From the NCBI GenBank assembly GCA_039927695.1, contig JBDSUM010000004.1, positions 1-49,277 of the forward strand: a stretch of 49,277 nt of DNA. Direction: 5' to 3'. Below the pieces are notes generated by a model. That model was not told where the DNA came from, ran no database searches, and saw nothing but the letters and a program-made list of their open reading frames with translations. Made by a program: the position numbers and the translations under genes. Source of the stretch: Minisyncoccota bacterium. Lineage in GTDB: Bacteria; Patescibacteriota; Minisyncoccia; Phycocordibacterales; Phycocordibacteraceae. Below are positions 19,601 to 29,800 of this stretch, in pieces (position 1 is the stretch's first letter; every line of letters begins with the position of its first letter).

Positions 19601-22600
19601 CGTATTCGCCTCAGCAGGCAAATACGCCGATTGTTACCATAGACGTCTTTGACGCAGTCTCACAGCTAAGTACAACGAGCGCGTACATGATTACTGAATC
19701 AAATACACAGCCACTTGCGAACGATTCTCGTTGGACAACCACACCTCCTCAGTACTACACTTTTTCTTCGGGAGGTGCCTCAAAAACCTTGTATCCATGG
19801 GTACGCGATGCTCAAGGAAACGTCTCGACTTCCGCTAACGCTACCGCTCAAGCTCAATCGATATCGCTTTCCGTAGGTGCGGCGACTAGCGTCTACTTCT
19901 CAGTAGGGCAGTCAGCCAATGACTTAAAGACCGGCTCACCGACCGTCAGTATCTCAGGCGGAACGGCGACGTTCTCGGTAGCGCAGACAGGCAATATAGG
20001 AGTGGGGGATCGCATTCTCTACAATTCGGGAGACGCCGCTTACATCTCTGGCAAGCTTTCTACCGATGGCACGCAATGGTCGGTCATAACCGCGACCGGT
20101 ACGGCAGTAGCCTCAATCAGCGGCGCGTCCGTCCAGTCTATTAAGCGCGCGTTCACCTCTCTTTCCAATGCATTTGGGTCCCACGGAATCAATAGTGCTC
20201 CATACTTAAACACCTTTAACTTCGTAGCAGGGAATTATTCCGTTAATATCCCTTGTTACTACGATTCGTCTACTGACCCAGGTGTCTTTATAACGAATAA
20301 CTACATTACCGGGCCTGACAACTTCTTAACAATCTATACGCCAACGAGCACTACGACTCAGGCAAATAATTCGCAACGTCACAACGGTGCATGGTCAAAC
20401 ACGGCATTCTCGGTATTGTTTGCAAGTACTGCGAGCGGGGGACTTGATATCCAAACACCGTACGTCCGTATTGATGGACTTGAGTTTACGAGCAACTCCT
20501 CAAAGACATTTGCGCGTACTATTCGCACTGACCAGCTCAAAGGCAACGGGGGACACGTCATTATCGTTAATAATATTGTCCGCAATATAAACCCAACAGC
20601 AGGCCTCTCGCAGATTGGTATTGGTAACGCCGGTTCGACTATTAGCAACTACGTATTTGAGGTTGGGAGAAACATCGTATACGGCTACTCTCCAAGTTCA
20701 GATTATGGAATATACTCGAATAACGGAAAGGCGCTCTACTATAACAATACGCTCTATAACAATTACGCGAGCGTGCAAGTGAGTGGCACTAGCGCAAGCA
20801 GTACCCTACAGATTGTTAACAACGCTGCGCAAGCGACGATAAATTATGCCTATGCGACTGGGGGAATAACCGTTACGGCGAGCACAAGTAATAATCTTTC
20901 GGACAAGAGTGACGCGCCGGGAAGTTCCACGAATAATCTAAAGACGCTCTCCTTTATTGACCCGAGCAACGCAAACTTCAATTTGAACTCAGTTGATACT
21001 GCGGCAATGGACATCGGAACTACGTCACTCAGCAGCGGAACGAGCACGACTGACATGCTGGGTAACCCAATCTATGGTTTGCCAGACGTTGGCGCTCTTG
21101 AATACCAGCCTCCGTATACTATGGGGACTAATCGGGTACCACTTACGGCAGCGGTGCGTGTATATGGAGACGAGAAATTCCGCCCGTTAACAGCAACCTC
21201 TTCAACGGCGAGCGGAGCACTTTCAATTACTATTCCTGGTACCGACCTCACGCAGTGGATTGATGCATCGACAACGGATTGGCAGACAAGTGGTACGTAC
21301 CACAAGTCATGGGTGGAAACGAGTTCAGTCGCTGGCCTCACGAATACCATTCACACGATAGGGGACTTAGCAGCTAGCAGTACGTATCAAATTAGAATTG
21401 ATGGCGATATCGCGGGCGCTTCTACTACCGGTGCATCCTGTTCAGTAGGCATCTGTAGTTCCGATGGAGCCGGGTTCCTTACCTTCACTTATACCGGCGG
21501 ATATTCAGCGCATACGTTTGATATAGCCCCAGCTTCTGCGCCGGACACCACACCACCGGTAATTTCTGCAATCGCATCTTCGACCAGCCAGACCACGGCA
21601 ACGATTACGTGGACTACTGATGAAGTCGCAAGTTCCACCGTGAACTACGGCGCGACGACCAGTTATGGAACCGCATCAACATCCGCTGCTTTCACCACAA
21701 ATCATAGTATCGTCATTGCCGGACTTACGGCAGCAACGACCTACCATTTCATCGTGTCAGGTGCGGACGCGGCAAACAATGTTTCTACGTCGAGTGACCA
21801 GACATTCACGACCCTCGCCGCACCTGACACAACCCCGCCGGTGTTGAGCGCACCGACCGTGGGAACAACCACTACGACAGCCATCATTTCATGGACCACC
21901 GATGAATTATCAGGTTCTCGTGTCGACTACGGCGCAGACGCGTCATACGGACTTGCCTCAACGTCGGGAGCGCTTGTGACAAATCACAGCATTACTCTTA
22001 CCGGGCTCACGGCAGCAACGACTTATCATTTCCGATTGCGATCGACCGATGCATCAAATAATATCGGAACCTCAACGGACTACGTTCTTACTACGGCGAC
22101 TGTTCCTGACACTACGCCGCCTGTCATTTCAAACATCTCTTCTGCAGGTGCGCCAACCGACACTGCAGCGACCGTTACGTGGACTACCGACGAAAGTGCT
22201 ACATCCGATATTGAATACGGACCAACAACGGCGTACGGAATTTCTTCGTCCTCACCATCATATGTTACGAGTCACTCGCTCTCATTTATCAATCTCACTC
22301 CTTCCACGCTCTATCATTATGTTGTCGTGTCCGTTGATATGTCAGGTAATGCGGCAACTTCGAGTGATCAGACATTTACGACTGATACGACCGCTGATTT
22401 AACGCCACCTGTGCGTTCAAATGGATTCCCATCCGGTACATTCCCGGTGAATTCAACCGATACCTCGCTCTCGCTCACGACGGATGAGTCTGCTACCTGT
22501 GCATACTCAGCGACGGCAGGTACTGCGTACGGTTCCATGACCGCTTTTGCTTCAACAGGAGGAACCTCGCACTCTACTCCAATAACTGGTCTCACGAACG

Positions 22601-23970
22601 GCAGCAACTACACCTACTATGTCCGCTGCCAAGACACTGCTTTCAACACGAATACAAATGATTACCTCATCACCTTCTCTGTCGCGAGTGATGCTACTGC
22701 GCCATCAGTCACAATGACGACACCTGCAAGTGGCGCAACCGTTTCTAGCTCTACCGTCACTCTTCTGGCAGATGCGACTGATGATGTTTCCGTGGTGGGT
22801 GTACAGTTCTTGCTTGATGGACTATCCCTTATTGGCACAGAACAGACATCAGCACCGTATACCGTATCGTGGGACAGTACTGCAGTCATCGATGGCCCTC
22901 ACGCACTTAGCGCAGTGGCACGCGATAATTCCGGAAACTACGCAACGTCGACTGCTACTAATATCATTGTAGATAATACTGGCCCTGTAATTTCAGCTAT
23001 TAACGCGGGTTCACTCACCACTGGTGGGGCAACTCTCACTTGGAATACGGACGAGGCAGCAAGTTCGCAGATTGAGTACGGCACCTCGATCTCCTATGAC
23101 GCCTCAACAACACTCGATACGTCACTCATCACGTCTCACTCCGTAGCACTTTCAGGACTGAGTCCTTCAACGCTCTACCACTTCCGCGTGCTCTCGACTG
23201 ATGCTCTCGGAAACACGGCCACATCAACCGATCAAACTTTCACGACAGCTGCGGTTCCTGTGTCTACGGGAGGGGGAGGAGGCGGTGGTGGCGGCGGGGG
23301 CGGAGGAAGTTCAGGCTCAACAACTTCGGGAGGAAATACGTCCTTGCCTTCTGTATCTAATACATCAACGGCGACTAGCACGTCTTCGACGCAGCCTTTT
23401 GTGCCGCAAACCCCAGGTACAGTTATAGGAAGCATTGTGCTTACACACATTCCTTTCACTCAAAACCTTACCGTAGGCTCTCGAGGAGTCCAGGTGATTG
23501 CACTTCAACAGCTCTTGATTGCTATGGGTCTGCTCGCTCCTAATAACGCATCAGGATACTTTGGAGTACTCACAAAAGCTGCAGTCAAGGCGTACCAACT
23601 ACGTCAGCATATTGTTCCTGCGTCGGGGTACTTTGGTCCTCTTACCAGAGCTTCTTTCGCTAACGGTACTACTTCAGCCCCACAGCTTTCAACACCAGTG
23701 GTAACAACTTCACAAACAGTCACAACCACGACATCGGTTGCAGCACCCGTAGCTCGAACATTCCTCCGAGATCTCAAACTCGGTAGTCAGGGGAATGACG
23801 TACGTCTTATGCAGCACCTACTATATAGCCAAGGCTTCACTGTTTCGGAAACAGGATACTTCGAACTCACTACTCAGCAAGCACTTATACGTTTCCAGTT
23901 CACTAATGGCATCACTCCTGCATCAGGATACTTTGGACCAAAGACACGGGCAGTAATGGAGGGCTTCTAA
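16675..23970 (+). CDS. Giant secreted surface protein: duplicated beta-helix modules, clan GH-A (GH39-like) domain, FN3/Ig repeats, C-terminal peptidoglycan-binding domains
   Basis: Signal peptide ending AFA; duplicated VYFSVGQS..DLKTGSPT module; YEIWNE and WSTEG motifs; DTTPPVIS...WTTDE...YG FN3 repeats; poly-Gly linker; two GSxGxxV...YFGxxT PG-binding domains. Confidence 0.85.
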   Translation: MNFLENICQKSLRKKSVLFALLTLLFLFSGSHAFAATNVYFSVGQSTNDLKTGSPTITISGTTATFSVAQIGNIGVGDAILYNGTTTYISGKLNSTGTLWSVVTSRGLTPAATTTATVTSIKHAYTNIRAAFQNIGGATALGTTTLTTGDYILNIPCYYDNGIETATVDIKTDYVTGPTDYINIYTPVSTSTEANFSQRHTGKWTNNAYQISNFSTSAAFVHITGLQFTSTSTSANQSIIKLLATTTPNLTILRDNIVWDQTSLGAIGIDGGQSIAQPAITVVNNLVYRKLGRSNSAAGIRMMGNSTAYNNTVLGENNAYRTFMLAGGFTNTILYKNNIAQDSNGGYGNTNSTILAGSTNNLSSVSDAPGSNPQNTKTVSFIDAANSNYHLAASDVVAQNMGVNLSADGTYAFSSDIEADARPFGTAWDIGADEFTGSSGGAQPTFNFSATTPSSSALVSVTFATSSSPTPITSYFVSSSSAVPAISDTRWQSSAPATFAVGTTGTSTIYAFVMDAYGTAISTSTVVSINPSFSTSGLGTSIPSTLFGMHNSFRAQSGNADRTLFDWPTVPLGTYRIWNLTYTGWSGVNADPGLYAWGAIDVYSEKAYAAGQDVLYTMAFTPTWASKRPAEVCAGSQLPGGCAPPSDVMSGDTYWKNYVTALVQHSLADPRHYIKYYEIWNESDSSYYYTGTPGELATMARDAATIIHSLDPNARVVSPSATNPSGSGEQWLTNYFASSTSLGISPSTLQDIVAYHAYVGTDPTLITPDTAAFRQVMTSAGLATTTPLWSTEGDWAANSLSDADAVAYIPKYYVKGSTAGLSRIYWYIWDYDSTVGAGKNDWGLMWTPARGVYPSGFAITKTYNWLVGSYLNSDACSTSADATERCNLVLANGNPAQIVWNSTIATTTSTTLAVDNAFTSYENLDDTLQHTVVGHNVQINTKPLLLIANVYAGIVANPASSTRPVVQGFSVPSTLTYSPQQANTPIVTIDVFDAVSQLSTTSAYMITESNTQPLANDSRWTTTPPQYYTFSSGGASKTLYPWVRDAQGNVSTSANATAQAQSISLSVGAATSVYFSVGQSANDLKTGSPTVSISGGTATFSVAQTGNIGVGDRILYNSGDAAYISGKLSTDGTQWSVITATGTAVASISGASVQSIKRAFTSLSNAFGSHGINSAPYLNTFNFVAGNYSVNIPCYYDSSTDPGVFITNNYITGPDNFLTIYTPTSTTTQANNSQRHNGAWSNTAFSVLFASTASGGLDIQTPYVRIDGLEFTSNSSKTFARTIRTDQLKGNGGHVIIVNNIVRNINPTAGLSQIGIGNAGSTISNYVFEVGRNIVYGYSPSSDYGIYSNNGKALYYNNTLYNNYASVQVSGTSASSTLQIVNNAAQATINYAYATGGITVTASTSNNLSDKSDAPGSSTNNLKTLSFIDPSNANFNLNSVDTAAMDIGTTSLSSGTSTTDMLGNPIYGLPDVGALEYQPPYTMGTNRVPLTAAVRVYGDEKFRPLTATSSTASGALSITIPGTDLTQWIDASTTDWQTSGTYHKSWVETSSVAGLTNTIHTIGDLAASSTYQIRIDGDIAGASTTGASCSVGICSSDGAGFLTFTYTGGYSAHTFDIAPASAPDTTPPVISAIASSTSQTTATITWTTDEVASSTVNYGATTSYGTASTSAAFTTNHSIVIAGLTAATTYHFIVSGADAANNVSTSSDQTFTTLAAPDTTPPVLSAPTVGTTTTTAIISWTTDELSGSRVDYGADASYGLASTSGALVTNHSITLTGLTAATTYHFRLRSTDASNNIGTSTDYVLTTATVPDTTPPVISNISSAGAPTDTAATVTWTTDESATSDIEYGPTTAYGISSSSPSYVTSHSLSFINLTPSTLYHYVVVSVDMSGNAATSSDQTFTTDTTADLTPPVRSNGFPSGTFPVNSTDTSLSLTTDESATCAYSATAGTAYGSMTAFASTGGTSHSTPITGLTNGSNYTYYVRCQDTAFNTNTNDYLITFSVASDATAPSVTMTTPASGATVSSSTVTLLADATDDVSVVGVQFLLDGLSLIGTEQTSAPYTVSWDSTAVIDGPHALSAVARDNSGNYATSTATNIIVDNTGPVISAINAGSLTTGGATLTWNTDEAASSQIEYGTSISYDASTTLDTSLITSHSVALSGLSPSTLYHFRVLSTDALGNTATSTDQTFTTAAVPVSTGGGGGGGGGGGGGSSGSTTSGGNTSLPSVSNTSTATSTSSTQPFVPQTPGTVIGSIVLTHIPFTQNLTVGSRGVQVIALQQLLIAMGLLAPNNASGYFGVLTKAAVKAYQLRQHIVPASGYFGPLTRASFANGTTSAPQLSTPVVTTSQTVTTTTSVAAPVARTFLRDLKLGSQGNDVRLMQHLLYSQGFTVSETGYFELTTQQALIRFQFTNGITPASGYFGPKTRAVMEGF

Positions 23971-23982
23971 GGAGACGAATAC

Positions 23983-24687
23983 CTAAGAAATAATCGTACC
24001 GACAAAGTCTTTGCCGTCTACATAGTTATCAAATTCGTGGAGTTTTTTGCCGTTAATGATCGCGACTTCAAGGTGCAAATGTTCTGCTTCTTTAGCTGCT
24101 ACTGGATCAAACGGGGAAGAGAGTCCTGGGTCCCATTCCTTAGGAATTAGTTCACGGAAGTCAGCCCATCCGATCTTTTCTATCTTCTGCGCAGTCGGGT
24201 CTTTGCGGGGGTCTGCTGTATACACGTAGTCAATATTTGAAAGGTTCACCAGTTTCTTTGCGCCGAGTTTCTTTGCTGCAAGTACTGCGCAATAGTCAGT
24301 AGACCAGCCTGGTTTCCAGCCTGCTCCGATAATTACGGCGTCGTTACCACGCAGTCCGCGGGTTGGATTCTTAACGATCTTGTCTTGTGCCACGTCTTTG
24401 AAAAGCGTTCGTAGAAGGTGGGCATTTAGGCGTGTTGAATGAATGCCGAGCCAGTCCAAGTCTTCCTTATCAAGATCTCCCGCTACCTGTTCGCCAGCTT
24501 GCTGATAGTTTCGTGCAGTCTTTCCACCACCAACAACAATATAAAAGGAAAATCCACGGGTAACGTGGTCGAGGATAGTAGCACGGAATGACGTCAAAAA
24601 CTCCGAGTCAACACCATCGGGGACTATCAAAGACCCTCCAACGGAGACGACTATATATTCACGTTTTTTTGCCCTAGTTAATCTCAT
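23983..24687 (-). CDS. pyrH: UMP kinase (archaeal-type)
   Basis: VSVGGS, VVGGGKTARNYQ, PGWSTD, YTADPRKDP and PFDPVAA motifs. Start placed at ATG 24687. Confidence 0.9.
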   Translation of the reverse strand: MRLTRAKKREYIVVSVGGSLIVPDGVDSEFLTSFRATILDHVTRGFSFYIVVGGGKTARNYQQAGEQVAGDLDKEDLDWLGIHSTRLNAHLLRTLFKDVAQDKIVKNPTRGLRGNDAVIIGAGWKPGWSTDYCAVLAAKKLGAKKLVNLSNIDYVYTADPRKDPTAQKIEKIGWADFRELIPKEWDPGLSSPFDPVAAKEAEHLHLEVAIINGKKLHEFDNYVDGKDFVGTIIS

Positions 24688-24703
24688 TAAAATTCGTGAC
24701 AAA

Positions 24704-24761
24704 GCTTGACGGCTCCTCTCATTCTACGCTCCTCACCCGCATGTGCAACTTGTGGAAAGCG
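24704..24761. repeat. 58-bp direct repeat, copy 1 (contains the predicted pyrH promoter on the minus strand)
   Basis: 54/58 identical to 30173-30230. Minus strand reads TTGCAC-16 nt-TAGAAT. Confidence 0.9.
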
Positions 24762-24789
24762 CATTCAAACGTATACTTATCTCAAGTAT

Positions 24790-26889
24790 ATGACTTGGAA
24801 ATCTTCGCTTCCTCTTCTGGTGATAGTAGCAATCTTTACTTTCTCAAATACTGCTCATGCTGCCACCTATTACGTATCAAATTCAAGCGCTAACGGATGG
24901 GCAATAGGAAATGATGTAAACGGAGGGACAAGTACCTCTTCACCAAAGCTTAGTGTTGCGGGCGCACTTGCCGTGGTTGCCAGTGGAGACACCGTGATAG
25001 TGAATGACGGTTCGTATGCCGTAAATTCCGTGAACCTTACGAAAGGTATAACGCTTAATCCACTAAATGCTTCAGCAACAACTCTTACCGCGACCTCTTC
25101 GTACGTATTTTCTGTAGGGGTTACCGACGGCTCAACTTTGAATATCGGTTCCTTTATTATGGATGGAGCAGGCGTCGCGTCATACGGAGTGGTTATTCAA
25201 AATGCGACCACACTGTTTTCAACCGTATTCACGAGCACGCAAATTCAGAATTTTACACGACGAGGAATTGACGTTCGCGCAAAGAAATTAAATCTAACGA
25301 CGAATAATATTGTCATAAATAATCCCGCAGCAGCAGGAACGTACGGAGCGATTGAATTTGGAAACGGGTCGACGGTTCCTTTCGAACAAGGAACCGTAGC
25401 TATTAATGGGGGCACTCTTACAACAAATAGTGTCGGTACGGAATTAAATCCCGCAGTCTTTATTTTCGGAACCACTACCCCAAATAGCATACAAGTAACG
25501 GTTGCGGGCACTGCGATCACGGTAGGAGCCGGTACTAGTGCAAATAACTATGCAGCGGTTCAGATAAAGAATATCTCAAACGTAATCATCCAAAATAATA
25601 CCATTACTGCTACAGAGAATTCAGCGGGTGGCCTGGCCCCAATCTATGTCTTGGATTCACCGACCACCTCAATTACGGGTAATACCGTAACGGTTAATAA
25701 TCTCGCCGGGCAGAACGGGTTTGCTATTGATGGAATACATTTACTTAGCACGGGTACGCTCATGCCAAATGCAGTTGTTGCAAACAATACTTTAAATCTC
25801 AACTTTACTGGTACCACTTCTCCTGGGTCACATGGCATCTTAGTAGGTGAAGATTCTTCAGCTACTAGCTCAGTGATGTTTCAGAAATTAAATAACTCAT
25901 TGATTTACGGAAACACTGTTATTGGTAATGCCACAAATGCCTTGTATGAGCACGGCATTATGATTGGTAACCAAAGTGGGGGAGAAGTCTACAACAATAA
26001 AGTAGATTTCTCACTTCACGGATTCATAGCAAAAGGTACGACGGGCAGTTTTTTCCATAACAACATAGCGCTTCATTCTCTAGGAGAAGCTCTTCGTGCT
26101 AAAGCGGCAATAAATACAAAGTTCTATAACAATGTTGGAGTGCTTGTGTCAGGGTACGCGTCATATGGAATATTGGTAAACGAAGATTCTAGCGTCGGAC
26201 TGTATTCATCAGGGGATGATTTTAAGAACAATATTATATATAGCCAGGTTAATCCTACGAACGCGCTTGTGCAGGTTAATACCGGCAACACTGCAACATT
26301 CAGCAATAACGGATATTACTCCTTAGGAACAACCCCTTTCAGCTACCAAGGCACTGCGTACGGCACTGCTGCGGCGTGGGGTTCTGCCCATGAGTCAGGT
26401 CTAGTGTATGCCGACCCATTATTTACGAGCATACCGACAAACCTGACGCTACAGGCTTCTTCCCCAATGATTAATGCAGGAACCACAACTACCATCACTT
26501 CCGACTATGTCGGTAACCCCATACAAGGCGCGCCAGATATTGGAGCTTACGAGTACCAAGGGGCTGTTATCTCATCAATTGCTTCTTCGACTACTCAAAC
26601 CACGGCAACCATCACTTGGACTACCAACCAGAACACGTCCTCAACCGTGAATTACGGCGCCACCTCAGCGTACGGAACCGCTTCAACGTCAGCAACACTT
26701 GTAACGAATCATTCCATTACTCTTTCTGGGCTCACTGCGGCCACGCTCTATCACTTTAATGTGGGAGGTTCAAATGCTTCGAATACACCTGCTACTTCTA
26801 GTGATCAGACGTTTACTACTGCCGTAGTCCCATTCGGTATACCCCCCCGGCACTCCCACAAATGGACTCCTCGTTCACTATGCGCTTGA
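24790..26889 (+). CDS. Secreted beta-helix/FN3 surface protein, 5' part (frameshifted at a C7 tract)
   Basis: Signal peptide ending AHA, ATYYVS start, parallel beta-helix repeats, PDIGAYEY, FN3. Terminates shortly after C7 at 26842-26848. Confidence 0.8.
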   Translation: MTWKSSLPLLVIVAIFTFSNTAHAATYYVSNSSANGWAIGNDVNGGTSTSSPKLSVAGALAVVASGDTVIVNDGSYAVNSVNLTKGITLNPLNASATTLTATSSYVFSVGVTDGSTLNIGSFIMDGAGVASYGVVIQNATTLFSTVFTSTQIQNFTRRGIDVRAKKLNLTTNNIVINNPAAAGTYGAIEFGNGSTVPFEQGTVAINGGTLTTNSVGTELNPAVFIFGTTTPNSIQVTVAGTAITVGAGTSANNYAAVQIKNISNVIIQNNTITATENSAGGLAPIYVLDSPTTSITGNTVTVNNLAGQNGFAIDGIHLLSTGTLMPNAVVANNTLNLNFTGTTSPGSHGILVGEDSSATSSVMFQKLNNSLIYGNTVIGNATNALYEHGIMIGNQSGGEVYNNKVDFSLHGFIAKGTTGSFFHNNIALHSLGEALRAKAAINTKFYNNVGVLVSGYASYGILVNEDSSVGLYSSGDDFKNNIIYSQVNPTNALVQVNTGNTATFSNNGYYSLGTTPFSYQGTAYGTAAAWGSAHESGLVYADPLFTSIPTNLTLQASSPMINAGTTTTITSDYVGNPIQGAPDIGAYEYQGAVISSIASSTTQTTATITWTTNQNTSSTVNYGATSAYGTASTSATLVTNHSITLSGLTAATLYHFNVGGSNASNTPATSSDQTFTTAVVPFGIPPRHSHKWTPRSLCA

Positions 26890-29800
26890 TGAAAGCGTGG
26901 GCTCAACGACGGCTGATACGAGTGGGAATAACTACACCGGAACACTCGCAGGAAACATCGGTTGGGCTACCACCACGAGTACGTTTGGAAACTCACTTAA
27001 TTTTGCATCTTCAAGCGCTAGTCAGATACGCTCAGTTTCACTTCCAGCGTCTTCGACACCCATTACTAATTTTCCTTCAAGTGGGTCACTCTCATTTTGG
27101 GTAAACGACAATTTCTCAACCGAAGCTTCCTTCAAATCAATATTTGGTGGGTTTAATGATACCGGAAATCACTTTACCGTCCGAACCTATACCCCTGGAA
27201 CGATGAACTTCTTCTTCGCTACCACTTCCTCACCAGGCACATTCGTCTTTAATTACATAACCAGCGTGCTCCCAAATAATACCTGGACGCATTTCACGCT
27301 TTCGTGGGATACCGTAAACCATATGGGATATTTGTACCAGAATGGGGTTATGGTCTACTCAGCTCCGATAAGTTCCAGCTGGACACCTTCGAACCAAGTC
27401 TTCCGTATAGGCAGCACTATTAATTCAACCTTTAATGGCAAGCTTGATGAAGTATCACTTTATAGCCGAGTACTCTCACCAAGCGAAGTCTCTTATTTGT
27501 ATTCACTCAGCACTACCACTTCACCAGCCCCTGACCTCACCGCACCAACCACTCCCACGAACCTATCTACAAATGGTATCTCCACAACAACCGTTGAACT
27601 GAATTGGACTGCGTCCACTGATGCGGGCTCAGGACTTGCAGGGTACACGGTGGTACGTGACGGAACTACTTCAATTCTAGTATCTTCCACAACTCCGTAT
27701 TATCTCGACATCGGTCTTGCCACGGCTTCTTCCCATACCTATAGCGTGTATGCGTACGACTACGCAGGAAACCAGTCGGCAGTAGCGTCGGGGAATGCAA
27801 ATACACTCTTGGCGCCGAACGCATCTTGGTGGTCAGCGAATACGGTAACAAGTACGAGTACTATTGCAGCTCCAGTCATCGCTGCTCCCTATACGTGTCT
27901 CACTAATTACTATGTATCAACGACAGGGAACGACAGTAATTCGGGCACCTCGCTCGGTCAGGCATGGAGGAATATCAACGTCGCCGTTGACTCAAAAGGA
28001 GTGAACGGACCGGGGGTATGTATTAACGTAGCTTCTGGCACGTATCACGATTACATTTATCTTCCGACCGCAAACCTGGGCGGAAACGCTGATACTCCAA
28101 CAGGATATTACGTCGTACGTTCAATTACTCCTCATGGCGCGAAATTAATACTCAGTGGAAATAGCGGATCAGCAGCAATAGCGAACTTTGCAGACTATTT
28201 CGTCGCTGATGGTTTGGATATAAGTGGTGCCGGTGCAGCCACGACCTCGTCAGGTATAAGTTTCCATGGTAATTACAACTGGTTCATTAATAATCTAGTT
28301 CATGACAATGGATTTAGTGGCATTGGGGGTAGTCATGTGGATCATTTCCGCATAGAAGGAAATCTCGCCTATAACAATGCAGGGTTATCCACGAGTGCCT
28401 TCCAAGCGAGCGGTATTACGGTATATCAAGGAAAGTCCGGGGACAGTCTTTCTGGAACGCACAATTTCATCAGCCAGAATATTTCGTTCAACAATACCGA
28501 GACCCCCTACCTGGCAGGTAGTCATAGTGATGGTAACGGTATTATCATCGATGATTTCCGTAACACCCAGATTGGCAGTACGGACGGTATTTATCCATAC
28601 CAAACATTGGTTGAAAACAATCTTGTCTTTGGTAACGGTGGGGGCGGCATCCATGTGTTCTCAAGTGATAACGTAACGGTACGAAATAATACCGTCTTCA
28701 ATAATCACACGGATCCCCAATACGCTACCGGAAGTACAGGAACACCCTCTGGTGATATTGATGCGGTGGAAGCAAGCAACGTTACTATTGCTAATAATAT
28801 TTCAGTAGCAAATCCAAGCACCAGCAATCAATACGGTAAGACGAATGTCCCGGTGGTAGATAGAAGTGGCACCTACAAGAATGCTAATAACGTATGGACA
28901 AATAACCTCTTCTTTAACGGTAACGTTGGCGAGTCGCCAATATTTCTCTCGAATACTAATACTCTCGTAAGTTCAACCACAAATACTTTTGGAGCAAATC
29001 CACAGTTTATAAACTCTTCACTTGGGAATTTTGCCCTTTCGACGGGTAGTCCTGCTATCGGCGCAGGCACAACGGCTTACGGAGTTCCTTTAAGAGATTT
29101 GAATGGGAACGTTCGCACAGGTTCACCCCCTGATCTTGGCACATACGCATTCTCGACTTCAGGTGCTCCCGACACTACTCCTCCCGTTATCTCCGCGATC
29201 TCTTCAGGTTTGCCTACAGACACTTCAGTTACTATCACCTGGACCACCAACGAGGGAGCGACTTCTCAGATATCATATGGCACCACGTCCGCATATGGCT
29301 CTCAAAGTATTCTTGATTCGGCGTTGGTAACCTCTCATAGCGTAATGCTCACTGGACTTACTCAATCCACGGTATATCACTACCAGATCTCTACGAGCGA
29401 TGGCTCAAGCAATACTGCTACATCTTCTGACCAAACGTTCAGTACTATCGCAATAACATCTTCTGGCGGTGGAGGTGGTGGAAGTAGCGGAGGTAGTAGC
29501 GGGGGCGGTTCCTCAGGCGGCGGAAGTACTTCTGGTTCCGTAATTACGAACCCCTCAACATCGACTACCGTCACAACTACTACTACAAGCGTTCCGGCGA
29601 GCACGTTCATTCGAAATCTTACCATCGGTTCCTCAGGTCTTGACGTCAAAACGTTGCAGCAGATTCTTATTGCCCGTGGATTCGCTATACCTGCCGGCGC
29701 CACCGGACTCTTTGGACCACAAACACGCGCAGCGCTTGCTCGCTTCCAGGTTTCTCAAGGTATTACCCCTGCGGCTGGATACTTTGGAGCACTTACCCGT

